Below, one piece after another: positions 49,886 through 62,626 of a stretch of 64,000 nucleotides of DNA (its first letter is position 1; the number at the start of each line of letters is the position of its first letter). Origin of the DNA: Setoptus koraiensis (Eukaryota; Animalia; Arthropoda); contig CM106585.1 in assembly GCA_048013815.1 (NCBI GenBank), positions 3,782,001 to 3,846,000 on the forward strand. Direction: 5' to 3'. Made by a program: the position numbers and the translations under genes. Below the pieces are notes generated by a model. It worked only from the letters and a program-made list of their open reading frames with translations. It searched no databases and had not been told where the DNA came from.

Positions 49886-50000
49886 CACCGCATCGCACCG
49901 CATCGCACCGCATTGCACCGCATTGCACCGCATTGCACCGCATCGCACCGCATTGCACCGCATCGCACCGCATCGCACCGCATCGCATCACATCACATTG
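49886..50000. repeat. (CACCGCATYG)n 10-bp minisatellite
   Basis: Direct reading. Confidence 0.9.
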
Positions 50001-52401
50001 CGTCTCATAGCATCTCATAGCATCGCACAGCTAACACGTGGTCGTGCTCGTGGTGGCATCTGGTTAAATAACTCACTCACAGGTGACATTGACTGATGAG
50101 CTTCTTGTGAACAACCTGCAAACAAGCTGCCTGCCCTTGTGTGCCAATTGTTATTTGCTGTTTGCTCTCTTATCCCCAAGCCCCCGCTCCCCCCTTGAAG
50201 CCTTCAATCTCCCAATGTCCCAATCTTTGCTGGCGCCTCACTAACTGGCCTCACCGCGCAACCTGCGCTTAGGTACGAATGCTGCTGCCGCTTAGCTTTG
50301 CGCCTGTTGGCGCGGTGTGCGTGTGCGTGTTTTTACGCCTCAGGCAACCTGGCTGCTTTTGTTTGCCTATTATTATTGGTGTCATCTCAACTGAGCCAAC
50401 TCGCTCAAAGCTTGCCAAAGCGATCTTGCCAACGCGATCTTGCCAACGCGATCTTGCCAACGAGCTTGGCGAGTTAACATGGCGAGTTAACATGGCGAGT
50501 TAACGCGCCACACGCGCAAAGTTGGCTTCTTATTCGTGTTCTGCTGATTCTATTTATTTGTTCGATTGGCTTCTTTCTCTCTGTCTCTCTCGCTCTCTCG
50601 ATCTTCTCTATTTATTCCATTCGGTAATGAAAGATAGTTATGGTTGCCATTAGCGACTTGTACATGTATCCTGCTATCATGATGGTTTCAGTTATATCTT
50701 GCCATTGCACACACTCACCACTTGTCACTGTATCTATTTTGCTCTCGTCCCGCCGTAATTCGCGCTACTCAACGTGCCCAACGAGCCCCAGCGGGCCAAA
50801 GCGCGCCCTCGCCCGGCCCAACGTGCTGACTCCTCAAACAAGAGCGCCAGCAACAATAAATAAGGTGCCGATATTATATAATATCATATATTGGTCAGTG
50901 GTTTGTGTGGACAGTGGCTCACAACATTGTCAGACATGGCAACAAATTAAAGTGTGACCTAGCGATTGCTTGCGATCGCTAGGAGAGAGAGAGAGAGAGA
51001 GAGGGAATTGGCGGGATTCAGCGGCCAATAATACCCCGCCAGCAGCCGCCAGTAGCCGCCAGTGTTGCCTAATTAACTGATTGACCGAAACGCGCTGCAG
51101 AGCGCCGGGATAATAAGCGCAGCTATCGAGACCCAAAGAGAGATTGTCAACACGATCGGCTGAGCCGAGCCAATTGTTTGGCGTGTATTTCCGCCACTTT
51201 CGGGCCACCGCCATTACTGGTGAACCGCTTTTGTGTAAGAGAATTGAAGCATGAAAGCGCCAATATTGAGCACATTTAGCTGGGCCCCCATTTTCGAGAT
51301 GCTTGCCAGTGGCGGCCATTGGCGCCGATTGGAAATTGGCGCCAAGCGGCGACAAGCGCGAGAGGCGAGCGACAAAAGTGATGCCTTCGTGATGGCGATC
51401 GTGAAAGAATCACCATCGAAGCCATCCAATGTGAGGCCCCAGCCCTAGCCGCATGTATACGTGTGTCCATTGTTGTGGCGCGTCGGTGACAATATGATTA
51501 AAACAACGGCAACAATCGCCCAACCTATTATGCTGTAATATACTTAACCTGTATAAACGGTTTATATATCACAACGTGCGCGCACGAGCAACAATGGCCA
51601 CAACAATCTAGCTTAACCATGGAACCATTATCACCGGACCCGTGGCTACCCCTACTGGCCCCTACCGCGACACGAGTGCGACGAGGGGTACGGGCTTATC
51701 GCACACAAGCTGCACGGAAACGGCGGCCGATAGGCGCCGATAACCAGCACCAACTATATTATGAGTCACGTGAAGCTCATCAGAGATTTTAAGCGGCTGC
51801 CCCCAAACCAAGGGCACTCGCTCAAAATTGGCCCCTCCAGCTTGCTGGCCCGTCTGATGCGTGGCGCCACTTTACATGTTGTGTGCCAAGTAATTTATAT
51901 CTCTCACGCGCCACTCAGTTGACCAAAAAGCTCACAAGCTCGATGTAATTATAATGGCTCGTTCGAGATTGTGAGCGTGTGTGTGTTTCATTAGACATGT
52001 CTAGACAGTGTATTGAATAGCGGCAATCGGATAACGCACACACGTAGGCTACAGGTAAGGGGATGAATTGCTCGTCTGGGTTAGTTAGTTAACGTCAGCT
52101 GCTGGCCGGGCGAGGGCCAGACCCTTGAGTTCAGTTTGGCTCATTTGGGTGGCTTCTTTTGTTAATAGTGGCGGACGCGACGTGTCACACAAATTAACGG
52201 AAACACTCAAGCGGAAAGACATGGAACAATGGGCTTTGTCCGCGAGGGGGCGACGCGCTTAAAAGCGGATCAGCCGATAGATGACAGCAGCAGCTGGCCT
52301 CAGGTGAGACAGAGACAGCGACAAGAGCGGATCGGCTATCGACCGATGCAAAGTTAGAGCATGCCAATTAATTTGCTTGTAACACCATAATCGCTACTTA
52401 C

Positions 52402-55400
52402 CTGAGCGCCTCGGAATTGATTGTTTCGCTGTTGGAATGCGACGAGTTTCTGCTCATATGCCTGACCAATTGACCCCGTTGGTCTCGCCAAGATATGGTG
52501 GCCGTGGTTGGCGTTTCGTCGTTGCCGTTTGTCACATGACCAGACGACTGCTGCTGGTGCTGCTGATGATGAAATTGACTTCCGGAAGTGGGTCTAGTGG
52601 GTGTGTGATGAACGGTGGCGGCCTGTCTTGGCGCGTTTGCGGCTTGCGGCGCGAAGAAGCTCATACAGTTGGGCCTAGTGGCCGAGTGATTGTGGCCGGC
52701 GACAGTTTCGGGTTGTTGTTGAGGGGCCCCCGTGGAATAATGATTTGTCTGATGCTGTTGTTGTTGTGGCTGATTGGCAGAAGAGGGCGCCGTAGCCGAG
52801 AAGCAAGCAAGCTGGCGCTTGTGGCCGACATTTGCGCCGCCGCCACTGCTGTTAATCATATTGTTTTGCGTGTTGTTGTTGTTGTTGTTGTTGTTGGCCG
52901 TTGTTGGTGTGGTGGTTGTGTAAGGCGGCGAATAGCCGGTTGCATAGGGTTGCATAACGGCCGACGATTGCGTAGATGAGGCAGGCAAATAACCAATGTG
53001 ACAGCGCACATTCTTGGCCGTTGTAAAATAACTGCGATTGTTCTTTTCTGGCTTCAATAATATTATGTAACATTTTGGAAAAAATAGCAGCACCAGTGCA
53101 AATAAAGCGGAAAAGCTTATGCACAAACACAATGCGGTGACCTTGTGATCGGAGCCAAAATATATTGGCACAAAGGCAATCCAAATAACCAGTGTCGTGT
53201 ACATGGTGGAACCGATGAATTTGGCCTCATTGAAATTCTCTGGCACGTTGCGGGTCTTGACGGCGTAAACGGTGCACATGGCAATGAGGAAAAAGTCGAA
53301 GCCCAGCGGTGCTGTTGATGGGCCGAAATGGGGCAGACAGTTGGAAAATCCGTTTAACACAGCAGTTAGTTATTCAGCCGGATTCCAGCAAATTTACGAA
53401 TTTACGGGTGCAGCAGCGGGCGTGCACCGGAAATGGGAATGGTTCGAAGTGGTTAGGTTATTTTCGGTGGCTAGTTGTGGTGCGTGTGTTTGTTTGTTTG
53501 CGGCGCGCATTATTTGCACCAAATGTGGGGCCGGCGGCCAAATGTCACTCGAACCGACGATCTGTCGACCTTTGCGCCGCGGAAAGGCGCGCCGGCGATC
53601 TGATCAGTTCAGCCAGCAGCAATCTGATGGTCGGTCTCGTGACGGTCGGACACACGAACCGCTAACGAGCTACTCACCTATGATGCCCATGGTGGTGGTG
53701 TTGCACACCAGCACCACCCGCTCGTCGCTCGGATAATCCAACATCCTATCGGCGGGCTCCTTAACTAACATGAGCACTATTATGGTGGCCTCAATGGCAA
53801 TTATAGTCCAGGTTATGGCCACCTGAGCTGTGGCCGACATAAAACGAGGCTTCCTGGTGATGATTTTCTTTTTGCTGCCGGCCAATATTCTGGCTATTCT
53901 GTTTGTTTTAGTGACCAATGCGCCGTACATCATTGCAAATGAGCTGCCCGGCAGTATTCGTGTCACAAAACAGGTACTTTTGGTTGGTTTTGCTATTAAA
54001 AACATTGTGTTTGCATAACATAACAGCATAGCAAACATAATCATGTAGCTTAATTCGCGCGTAGACGATTTCACAACGGGCGTGTTGTTGTGTTTGATAA
54101 ATACCAACATGGTGGCAATGGTCATGACAAAACCAAACACCGCTATCACTATGGCAACCAGCGATTCGGTGCTGGTCCATTTCAAGTACACAATGGGTAT
54201 CTGGTTGCAGCCTGGGCACGTAGCGCGTGCACAAAATCGTCAAATATGCATACGACATACAATTTACATTCAATACAAACAGTGGAATAAAACGGCGATA
54301 TTATTAATAGTGGTGATAGTATTACATTATAGTATATATTTGCGATTATTCGGGCGCAATTCGCCCGCAACGGCCGGGTATTGGCCGGAAGGGCCGGGAC
54401 GGCTCGGGCAAACAGCCGCCCGGAAACACCGGGCCAACACCAATACTGGTTGCCCGTCTGGCCGGCGTATTGGGTGTATTGGGTGTATTGGGCGTATTGG
54501 GTGTATTGGGTGTTTTGGGTGTTTTGGAGGGGCACAAATCTCGACGGTCGTTGATCAAATATTCATTACACGCGTGACACGCGGCCAGTTGACAATTGGC
54601 GACAATTGCCAAACATTGCGTATTTGTTGCGCCGTTACGTAACAGCGCTTCGGCAAACTGATTGCAAATTGAAAAATTCACCAACGACGCGCCATTGTGT
54701 GCGTGTCACGAACACCCACAATAACATAATGACGTGCTTGAACATACATTAATAAATTAATATTAATACCACCAAACATTACATGATTGTTTGTGTGTGC
54801 GCCCCCCCCGTCTGATAGCCTACACAGTCTCGATGTCATATTAAACGTCAAAACTTTTTCTCAGCAGCGTTCAAGTTTGCTCAATGTTGGCGCGCAAAAT
54901 TGTGTCAGCTCGCGGGGCCTCTTGTCAGCGCACTCAAGCACAACGAAACGGTCGGCCAAACTTGAATTATTACATCATGCTCGTCATTGACGGTCACACA
55001 CGGCCAACGCTGGCGTGTATGTATTACGTCGCTGGATTACTGCGCGCCAACAACACCTCAAGGCTACCTGTCAAAAAGCTGTTTGAAATGATGCAATCGC
55101 GCGACACTTTTGTGTGTTTGGCCAATTCAAAGTCGCACAGCTGACGAACCTGCCTGGCCAGACCCTGGCGCATCGGTCTGCATTACACACTCTGTAAGCG
55201 GGCGATATTTGAGAGTTTAAACACACTATGCGCTCACGTTTGTCAGTATCGGTCGCTAGGCGCCCGTGGGCCAGACGGAGCTACTGCTTACCTGTCAGAT
55301 TTGCGTTCGGCCACCATCCTTTGTCGCAGGCCTTGCATTTGTATTCGTTATAGAGGTATTCGTTTGGACGGCAGGGTACGCATGCCCAGCAACATTTCAC

Positions 55401-57800
55401 GCTGTCACTTTGGATTTTCTGTGATCCGAAGCGATCCGGTCCGATCCGATTTGAGGCGCGGAGCCCGCCGAACAAGGTTATAACAAGGTTATAACAAGGG
55501 CAGGGTAGGCGGCGTGGCAGGTATTTAGTGGTTGGCGAGGGGCGAGCGAGTTAAAAGTGAAAAAGAAAAAAGTTTGATTGTTAGTGGGTTCAGTTTGATG
55601 GGGCGCGATACGCCGTAAACAATAGGTTTGTCTGTCGGTTTGTTTGTTTGTTTGTCAACGTAATTGTAAACAGCGCCACTGTGTGACCCCAACGAAAGCC
55701 AATGAAACAATGTAGCTGATAAATAACAGGCAGCCAGATAATAGGATTAGATTGAGTGGTGGCTCGGCGGTTTTAGCGTCATTAGTGGGGCGCACTTTAA
55801 GCAACCTGCACGCTAAATATAATTATATATATATATATATTATACACTAAATGTTTTATACGGCAAACACAGGATCACGGGCCCCACTAATAGATTAATT
55901 CAATGAGCAGTTTCAGCGCATGCAGTTATTTTGATAATATTACGTGCGCGGCGTGTTGGTGTCCGTGCACGTCACCATTGCACGTGTTGTGTAATAAGTG
56001 GACACGAGCAACTGTAACAATTGTGTTGTGGGACAATTGTCAGCCAACTGTCGGCCACCGGCTGATGTGGCCGGCGCTGTGGCATGACAGTGGCATTATG
56101 GTGCCGATAGTGGTCAGTTGGTCAGTTTGGTCAGGTTGGTCGGCTCCAAGAGTGTGGCGCTGCAACAAGCTTTGGCTCAATTGTTGTTACGTAATCTAGT
56201 CACTGGCACTGGCGAGCAACCGGCACAAGCTCGCCAACGAACAAGCTCGCCAACGAACAAGCTTGCCAACAAACAAGCTGGCGTCAGATAGCGGCCAGGT
56301 AGTGGACAAAAGTGTGCGGTTTTCAGTTCGAATTTCGGTGAAAATTGGTTTGCCCTTTTGGACACTTCATGCCAGTCAATTTGGACACGGCAAACAATCC
56401 GACTGGCGGCCCGACAGGCCGTGGGCGGCTGTCGCGGCTCGCGACAAACCGGCGCCCGCGACAGACCGGCGGCCGGAGCGGCGACGTTGCCCGCTGAAAT
56501 ATTCCCGAAAGGTTTCACTGAAACCGTTTCAGGCCTGTTTCAGTTTTTCTGCCCTTTCGGCTCTGTTTCGGGCACGTTTCGGCCCCGTTTCGGCTGCGCA
56601 TTGCGCAGATCGTTTAGATTGCTGCTGGCGACGCGGGCGAGCGGGGGCCGGCGGGGCCAGTGGGGCCCCTCCTCGGCGCCGGTCACAAACAATATATTAT
56701 GTTTGCTCTGTCTTGTTGTGCACAGATCGAAAGCGCGCCGGGTGATAATTCTATTAGTCGGTGGGTATTGCACTTTTGTGCTCCGGCCGCGCTCGCTCGC
56801 CGGCCAGGCGTCGCTGTCCATATGAGGCCTCGCGTGGGCCCATCAGCGGATTCAATTTACGTGGCTGTCGCAACCGACTCCCCCTCACACGCACACACAC
56901 ACACACACACACACACTCTGGTCAAATAAACGGCGGCTTGTGTGTGTCAAACGAGAACAAATGTCACGATTTAGAGGGCGACGTTTAGTTTCAAAATCAG
57001 GGCCCCGCCTGGCCCCGCATTTGGGCTCGCCGTGTGTGTTCGTGTGCGGTGTGCCAAAGTTGCGTCTGCAAACAAACAAACTCTGGCGAGACACTGTCGC
57101 AAACAAACGTCGGCCGGCGTTGTATCGGCATTGTTCTAGTGCTCGAGTGCAGCGCGACTGGCGCTGCTAATGATAAATGATTAGAGGCCAGCGCCAAGAT
57201 CATTAGCAATTTAGAGCGCAGACAAGCGCGGACACTTGTTTCCTTGTTTCGCCGCCGAGAGCGCTGCTCGCCCGCTGCAACACGGCGCCCGGCCCGGCCG
57301 ACCCGCTCAACGACGTTGCTCTAAACGTCAGGACCTCAATGCGAGCCGTTTCGTCGCGCCCCAGTTTGTTTAATAATTTAATAATAGACTCACCTTCACG
57401 TAGCCCTTGTTGCACGGCTGCGAGCACACCGATTGGGGCGCCTGGTTCTCTTGCGAGCTCTTGTCGTGATTCAGCCATTGAAAGTTGCCAAACAAACTCA
57501 GTCCGTCGCTGGATTTCCACGAGCCCACATGAACGTACTCGTATTTGGGCGGCTCGCCGGCGCTGCCCTTGGGCCCCATTGGCCCCATTGGCCCGGCAAC
57601 GGTGGACATGTCGCCGGCGCTGAACGTTTGCTGTTGCTGCTGCTGCTGGCCGGGCGCTAAATTTAAATTCGCCTGTGTGGATTGTTGCTGTTGTGGGGCC
57701 CCCTGATAGGAGTTTGCTTGCATTAACGATGCATAAGACAGGGGCACAGATTCTAGGGCTGGCGAGCTGGCGAGCTGCTCGAGCAGCGACACGTTGTTGC

Positions 57801-57840
<40 letters not shown>

Positions 57841-60245
57841 CTGCTGATTCCTATTGATGATGGTGGTGGGCGAAAAACGACGCGAAGTGGCCCCCGTTGG
57901 TGCCCCCGTTGGCGCCATATAAGTGTCTTGCTGGTTGTGCGGTTGTTGTCTGCGCTGAAAATTAAGTATCTCATATTTGCCAGGCGGGTCACCTTGATCG
58001 TCAAAATAAACATCTTCGCCCAGCCAAGAGAAGCTGACATTCATGAGATGTTGCAACAATTGCGACCCATTAACGGGCAACATCTCTGGACATAATCCCG
58101 GCTCATTAGGACAAATGGCCCGTTGCATACTATCCAAGCCGAGGGCCATTGTTATAATGGACTTTTGTACGAAGGCCATTTTGGCGTCTTGTTTGTGATC
58201 CTCGCGCAACGACTCGTTTCCTGTGTGCGACAAGCGCGCGCGCCCGTTAGTTAATGTGGTGCGCAATCACGGCCGCCATGGTGCATTACGCAACCATCAT
58301 TATTATTTTATTCGACAACAAGTTTCGGGCCGGTTTCGAGGCGAGTTTCGGGGCGAGTTTCGTGGCGAGTTTCGGGGCGAGTTTCGAGGCGAAGAGGCGA
58401 GCCGAAGAGGCGAGCCGGAGAGGCGAGCCGAAGAGGGTGAGAGATGAGAAAGGGACATTAGAGACGTGAGCGACAAAAGAGCATTTTCATAATTGAAATT
58501 ATATCTGCTCTCAAATTGAATGAATGCGAACAATGAGCCCAAAAAACCCATCTTTTGAACTGTGGCCAACGTTTGCATGGAATTGCGAATTGAGAATATT
58601 CCCAGAATGATTGGCCCACAAAGCGAGCCCAACAGATACAATTGGCGCACTGTCGGCCGCACTGGCCAACTCAGGTGTGTCAGCCGCACAACTATTAATG
58701 TCACAGGCCACTCTGTACATCGAAATTCTTCAATCGCCATTCCTATGGGGCCCATTCACCGTCAGGGTTATTGACCCATTTCAGGCGAGGCTCTCAACGA
58801 TTTGAGACTCTCTTCACTTCTTCAATGATTTATGATCTATCCACTTCGGCTTGATGTTCGTGCGAGTGAGTGCGTCAACGACCAACCATCTCTCTCTCTC
58901 TCATATCCGTATCATACGGACCGTATGGCGGCCCCATGGATGGAGCTGTGCACGATATATATCCCGCATACGACGCTATACGAGATATAATTTGGGTAAA
59001 ATATCTGAGGGCTCAATCTCGCCCAGTCTCACCTGAGCCGGCATCTAATTGTCGGCATCGGACAATGAGCCAAACAACAGATTCTTGACGCAACTTCCGG
59101 TGCCAACCACCGGCACTGGCCGAATTCGGGCATCGTGAATTCGAGCATCATAAATTATTGTCGAACAAGTTCTTTGGTTGAGCCATTGGAAACGGAATCA
59201 CTGAATCAGCAGGTATCACTCAAATACCGGCTGTGCTCGTGCCGGTAATTGAGCGGCCACAGCATATGCTGATATATCCGAAATTAATCGAGCATCACTT
59301 GATTACATATATATACACTCTCACATATACAGACAAATATTCCGAATAATGGCTGCTTTATGGGCTGAATCTAATTGAACAAGGAGCGCTGAAAACAACA
59401 ACAATTAACTTTGGCTAACAATTGGCTTACCTGTGCAATGGCGTGGATAAACTGGCAAATCGGGCGGTCTATAATACGTCTTATCTTGATTCTGAAGCAA
59501 TGGCTCGATATTACACTTGAATCTGGTTTCCCAGAATTCGTAGAACCAGGGATTTCTGGTGTTGGACAGGGGGTTTAATTTGAAATAATATTCATCGAAG
59601 TCATGAACGTAACTAGAATGAATTCTGATAGATAAACCGCCTAAAGCCACCTCCTCCAGGCCCTTGACCACGTCGAAGCGATCCGACCATCCGTCACTGT
59701 TTGCCGTTGATGACATTTGGATATTTGGATATTCGGACATTCGGACATTCGGACATTCGGATATTCGGACATTCGGATATTTTGAAATGCGGCGATGTTG
59801 CGTGCGCGTGACAGATTGCACAGAACACGAGGATATAGGATGCGTGGAGCATATGCGACCATTGGGCCATTGGGGCGACAGAGATGATGGGTTAGTTGAG
59901 GTGTCATTACATGACATGCTTGACACAATCAAAGAGCAATCACTGAGTGGCCAGCATCGAGGGGCCGTCATCATTAAACTGCAATCACTGCTACTCACCT
60001 GCCTATTACGAGAAACTCGTTAGTTATATTGAAACGGGCGAATCCCTTGAACAGATTGGACACTGTTCGGCCCTCGCAAAAACATATGACCACTTTGGCG
60101 CTTCCGTGTTTCCTGATGGCGCCAATGAGCTCATCAAATTTGCTTTCGTCCGCATTGGGTGGCATGGATTCTGTGGTGGCAAAACAAATGCCGGCCTCTT
60201 GGGCGCGCTCCCTGAACGCAGTCATCAGGCTGCTACCGTAACTGC
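52402..60245 (-). CDS. Metabotropic glutamate receptor, group I (mGluR1/5-like), partial: six exons covering part of the VFT, CRD, 7TM and C-tail
   Basis: Phase-consistent GT-AG exons: 60245-59999, 59696-59431, 58220-57394, 55418-55292, 54211-53678, 53311-52402. Motifs VICFCEG, SDGWSDR, RNPWFYEFWE, CCWACVPC, TPVVKSSTRELS, KTNRIARILAGSKKKIITRKPRFMS, KTRNVPENFNEAK and KPEKNNRSYFTT. 5' exons were not found in 60246-64000, so they probably lie beyond the window. Confidence 0.93.
54467..54527. repeat. (GTATTGGGT)n 9-bp minisatellite in an mGluR intron
   Basis: About 7 copies, direct reading. Confidence 0.88.
58321..58392. repeat. (GAGTTTCGGGGC)n 12-bp minisatellite in an mGluR intron
   Basis: About 6 copies, direct reading. 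Confidence 0.88.
59713..59782. repeat. (TTCGGAYA)n 8-bp minisatellite immediately upstream of an mGluR splice acceptor
   Basis: About 8 copies, direct reading. Confidence 0.88.
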
Positions 60246-62551
60246 CTGTAAGTGATTTATGACGTAACACGGGTGACGGTTGATTGTTTGCACACACACA
60301 CACACACGGGCGGCGCCGCGGTGACAAGTGTCAACAATTGTGTCGTGCGGCCGGCCAGTTGCGCGCGCCGTACCCGTGTTGCCCGTGCCGATGGCGTGAC
60401 GATCGCGTGCCGATTGTGGTGACCGTGTGTCGGCCGATAGATTGAGGCCAATGATTGTTTTGATTGTTTGATTGTGCAAGTGACAGAGTGAGGGAGATAG
60501 TAAGGGAGAGAGAGAGAAAGAGAGGAGTAGTTTTGTGTGTGAGATTAGGACGGAATAAGTGAAAAGGGAGAGATGATCACATGATGAGTCACATGTACGC
60601 CGGCCCGATAATAATGCGCCACTCAAGTGCGCGCCGAAAACACGGCCAGCCGATCTGATTTTGGTGGCGCCGAGCGCAAGTCGCCACCGGAAAGAGGCCC
60701 CACAAACACACATCAACAATGGCAACAGCACCCACAACAACGCCGACAACAACAACAACAGCGACAACAACAACAACAGCGACAACAATAACTAAAACTA
60801 GGCGAGACACGACACACGAAATGGCGCATAATATATATACGCGCGCAAGAAGTGGCGCGCTCGGTTCATGTGACGGACCATAACGGCGCCAGCGGAGGCG
60901 ACAGCGGCGAGACAGCCAAATCGGCAACAACAATAACAGCGTCGGGATCCCGCGAAACGCCGACCGACAGGGAGAGAGAGCGCCAGAGAACGAGATGAGC
61001 ATAGCAAAACGATTCTTTTTATCCAGCTTCTTATTCTTTTTATCCGCGCTCGCTCGCTTGCGCCTATGGCTGTGTCGGCCGCGACGGGCCTCACTTGGCA
61101 GCCGCTCTCAGACTCCCTGGGCGTGATAAGATTGAACAGCATTAAACATATATTATTATTGTTTTGTCGTGTCTGCATACTGATGCCGCCGACACACTGT
61201 CTGTTTGCAACGCCAACACTCACTCTCGCCCAACGAGCGCCACCTGGGTGCCACAGCCCGGCTAATATCATTTGGGGCCCGAGACAAGAAGGGCCGTCTT
61301 TGTTGTTGATGCTGGTACTGGCGCTGGCGTTGTGTGCAAAGTCCGCGCTGCTGGCCCCGTCCGTTTGGGGCCCGCTTCAAACGGATAAAAGATCAGATAA
61401 AAGAAGGCAAAGAAGCGCTTAAAGCGCTCGCTCGCTCGCTCGCACTGGCGAGTGGCCATGGCTATGCCAACAACAGACAATTGACAGCTGTCAACTGGCG
61501 ATCAACCACTGACAGCCATTCGACAATGGAGCCTCGATGGCGCAACATCGACACTCGACAATCATCAATCGGCAAACATTTGACACAAAATCCCAGAGAG
61601 GCCCCGCGCGCAATTGTTTATCGCAAACTAATTCCTAATGAATTGAAAAGGGGCGGCCGGTCGACATGCGGACAGTTGCGCCAGCGGCACGACGAGCGGC
61701 TCGAAATTGCAAAAAACACACAAGCGGGTCAATTCGTCGGCGCCGATGAGCCGACGGGGTGCGGGGCCCCCACCGGCGTGCAGTGTCGGCGTGCCATGGC
61801 CGGTGTTGCTGGAGTAATCAAATCAGCGAGATTTTCGTCTGTCGTTTGTTTGGTGCGTCGGCCGCTACGCGGCCAGAGATGGCTTGCTTTTTGCCATTTG
61901 GCCAGTTTGCCATTTGGCCATTTTGCAGAGATTCTGGGTTAGAGTTATCGCCGCTGGTGCGCCGACAAAAACACACAACTCAAAAGTAACTGCCACTGCG
62001 CGTCGCTAGCTGGCTGGCTGGCCAGCAAACAGCCAAATAAAGCGAAAGGAAAAAATGTTTGTCGTCCACAACAACTTGAGGCCACTAAATCAAGGACAAG
62101 AGTGCTTGGCCCGCTTTTATATATTGCGCGCCAACAACTTTCGGATGCCGCCCGAAAGTTGTTGGCCCGTTTGCCGTCTGCCGTTTGCCGCTGGCAGGGG
62201 CGCATTATCTCCGGCCGGGGCGCAATTGTTGTTTGCAAATTTATCACCAGTCGGTTGTGATTGTCCGGCGCAGCAACTTTAAACTTGTCCACTTTTAGGT
62301 GTGCGTAATGGCCCCACATAAACTGCCGGCCTGCCCACATAGAGGCGCTCTCGCTGCCGGGCTCACACTTTGCCGAGCGGGCGAGCGAGAGCGTTCGAAG
62401 CGTTCGCAGCGTTCGCAGCGTTCGGGGCGCTCGGAGCGTTCGCAGCGTTCGAGGGCATTACCGGACACATTATCGGGGGCGCCTGTGGGGCCTGCGCGAG
62501 TGCTGGCAAGTGTTCCGGAGTGGCGAGCGGCCCGTTGTGCCAGTCGGGCCC

Positions 62552-62626
62552 GTTGTGCCGGGCGACAGTTTGCGAAGTTGTGCCGAGCGACAGTTTGCGA
62601 AGTTGTGCCGAGCGACAGTTTGCGAA
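62552..62626. repeat. 25-bp tandem repeat (GTTGTGCCGAGCGACAGTTTGCGAA) x3
   Basis: Direct reading. Confidence 0.85.
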
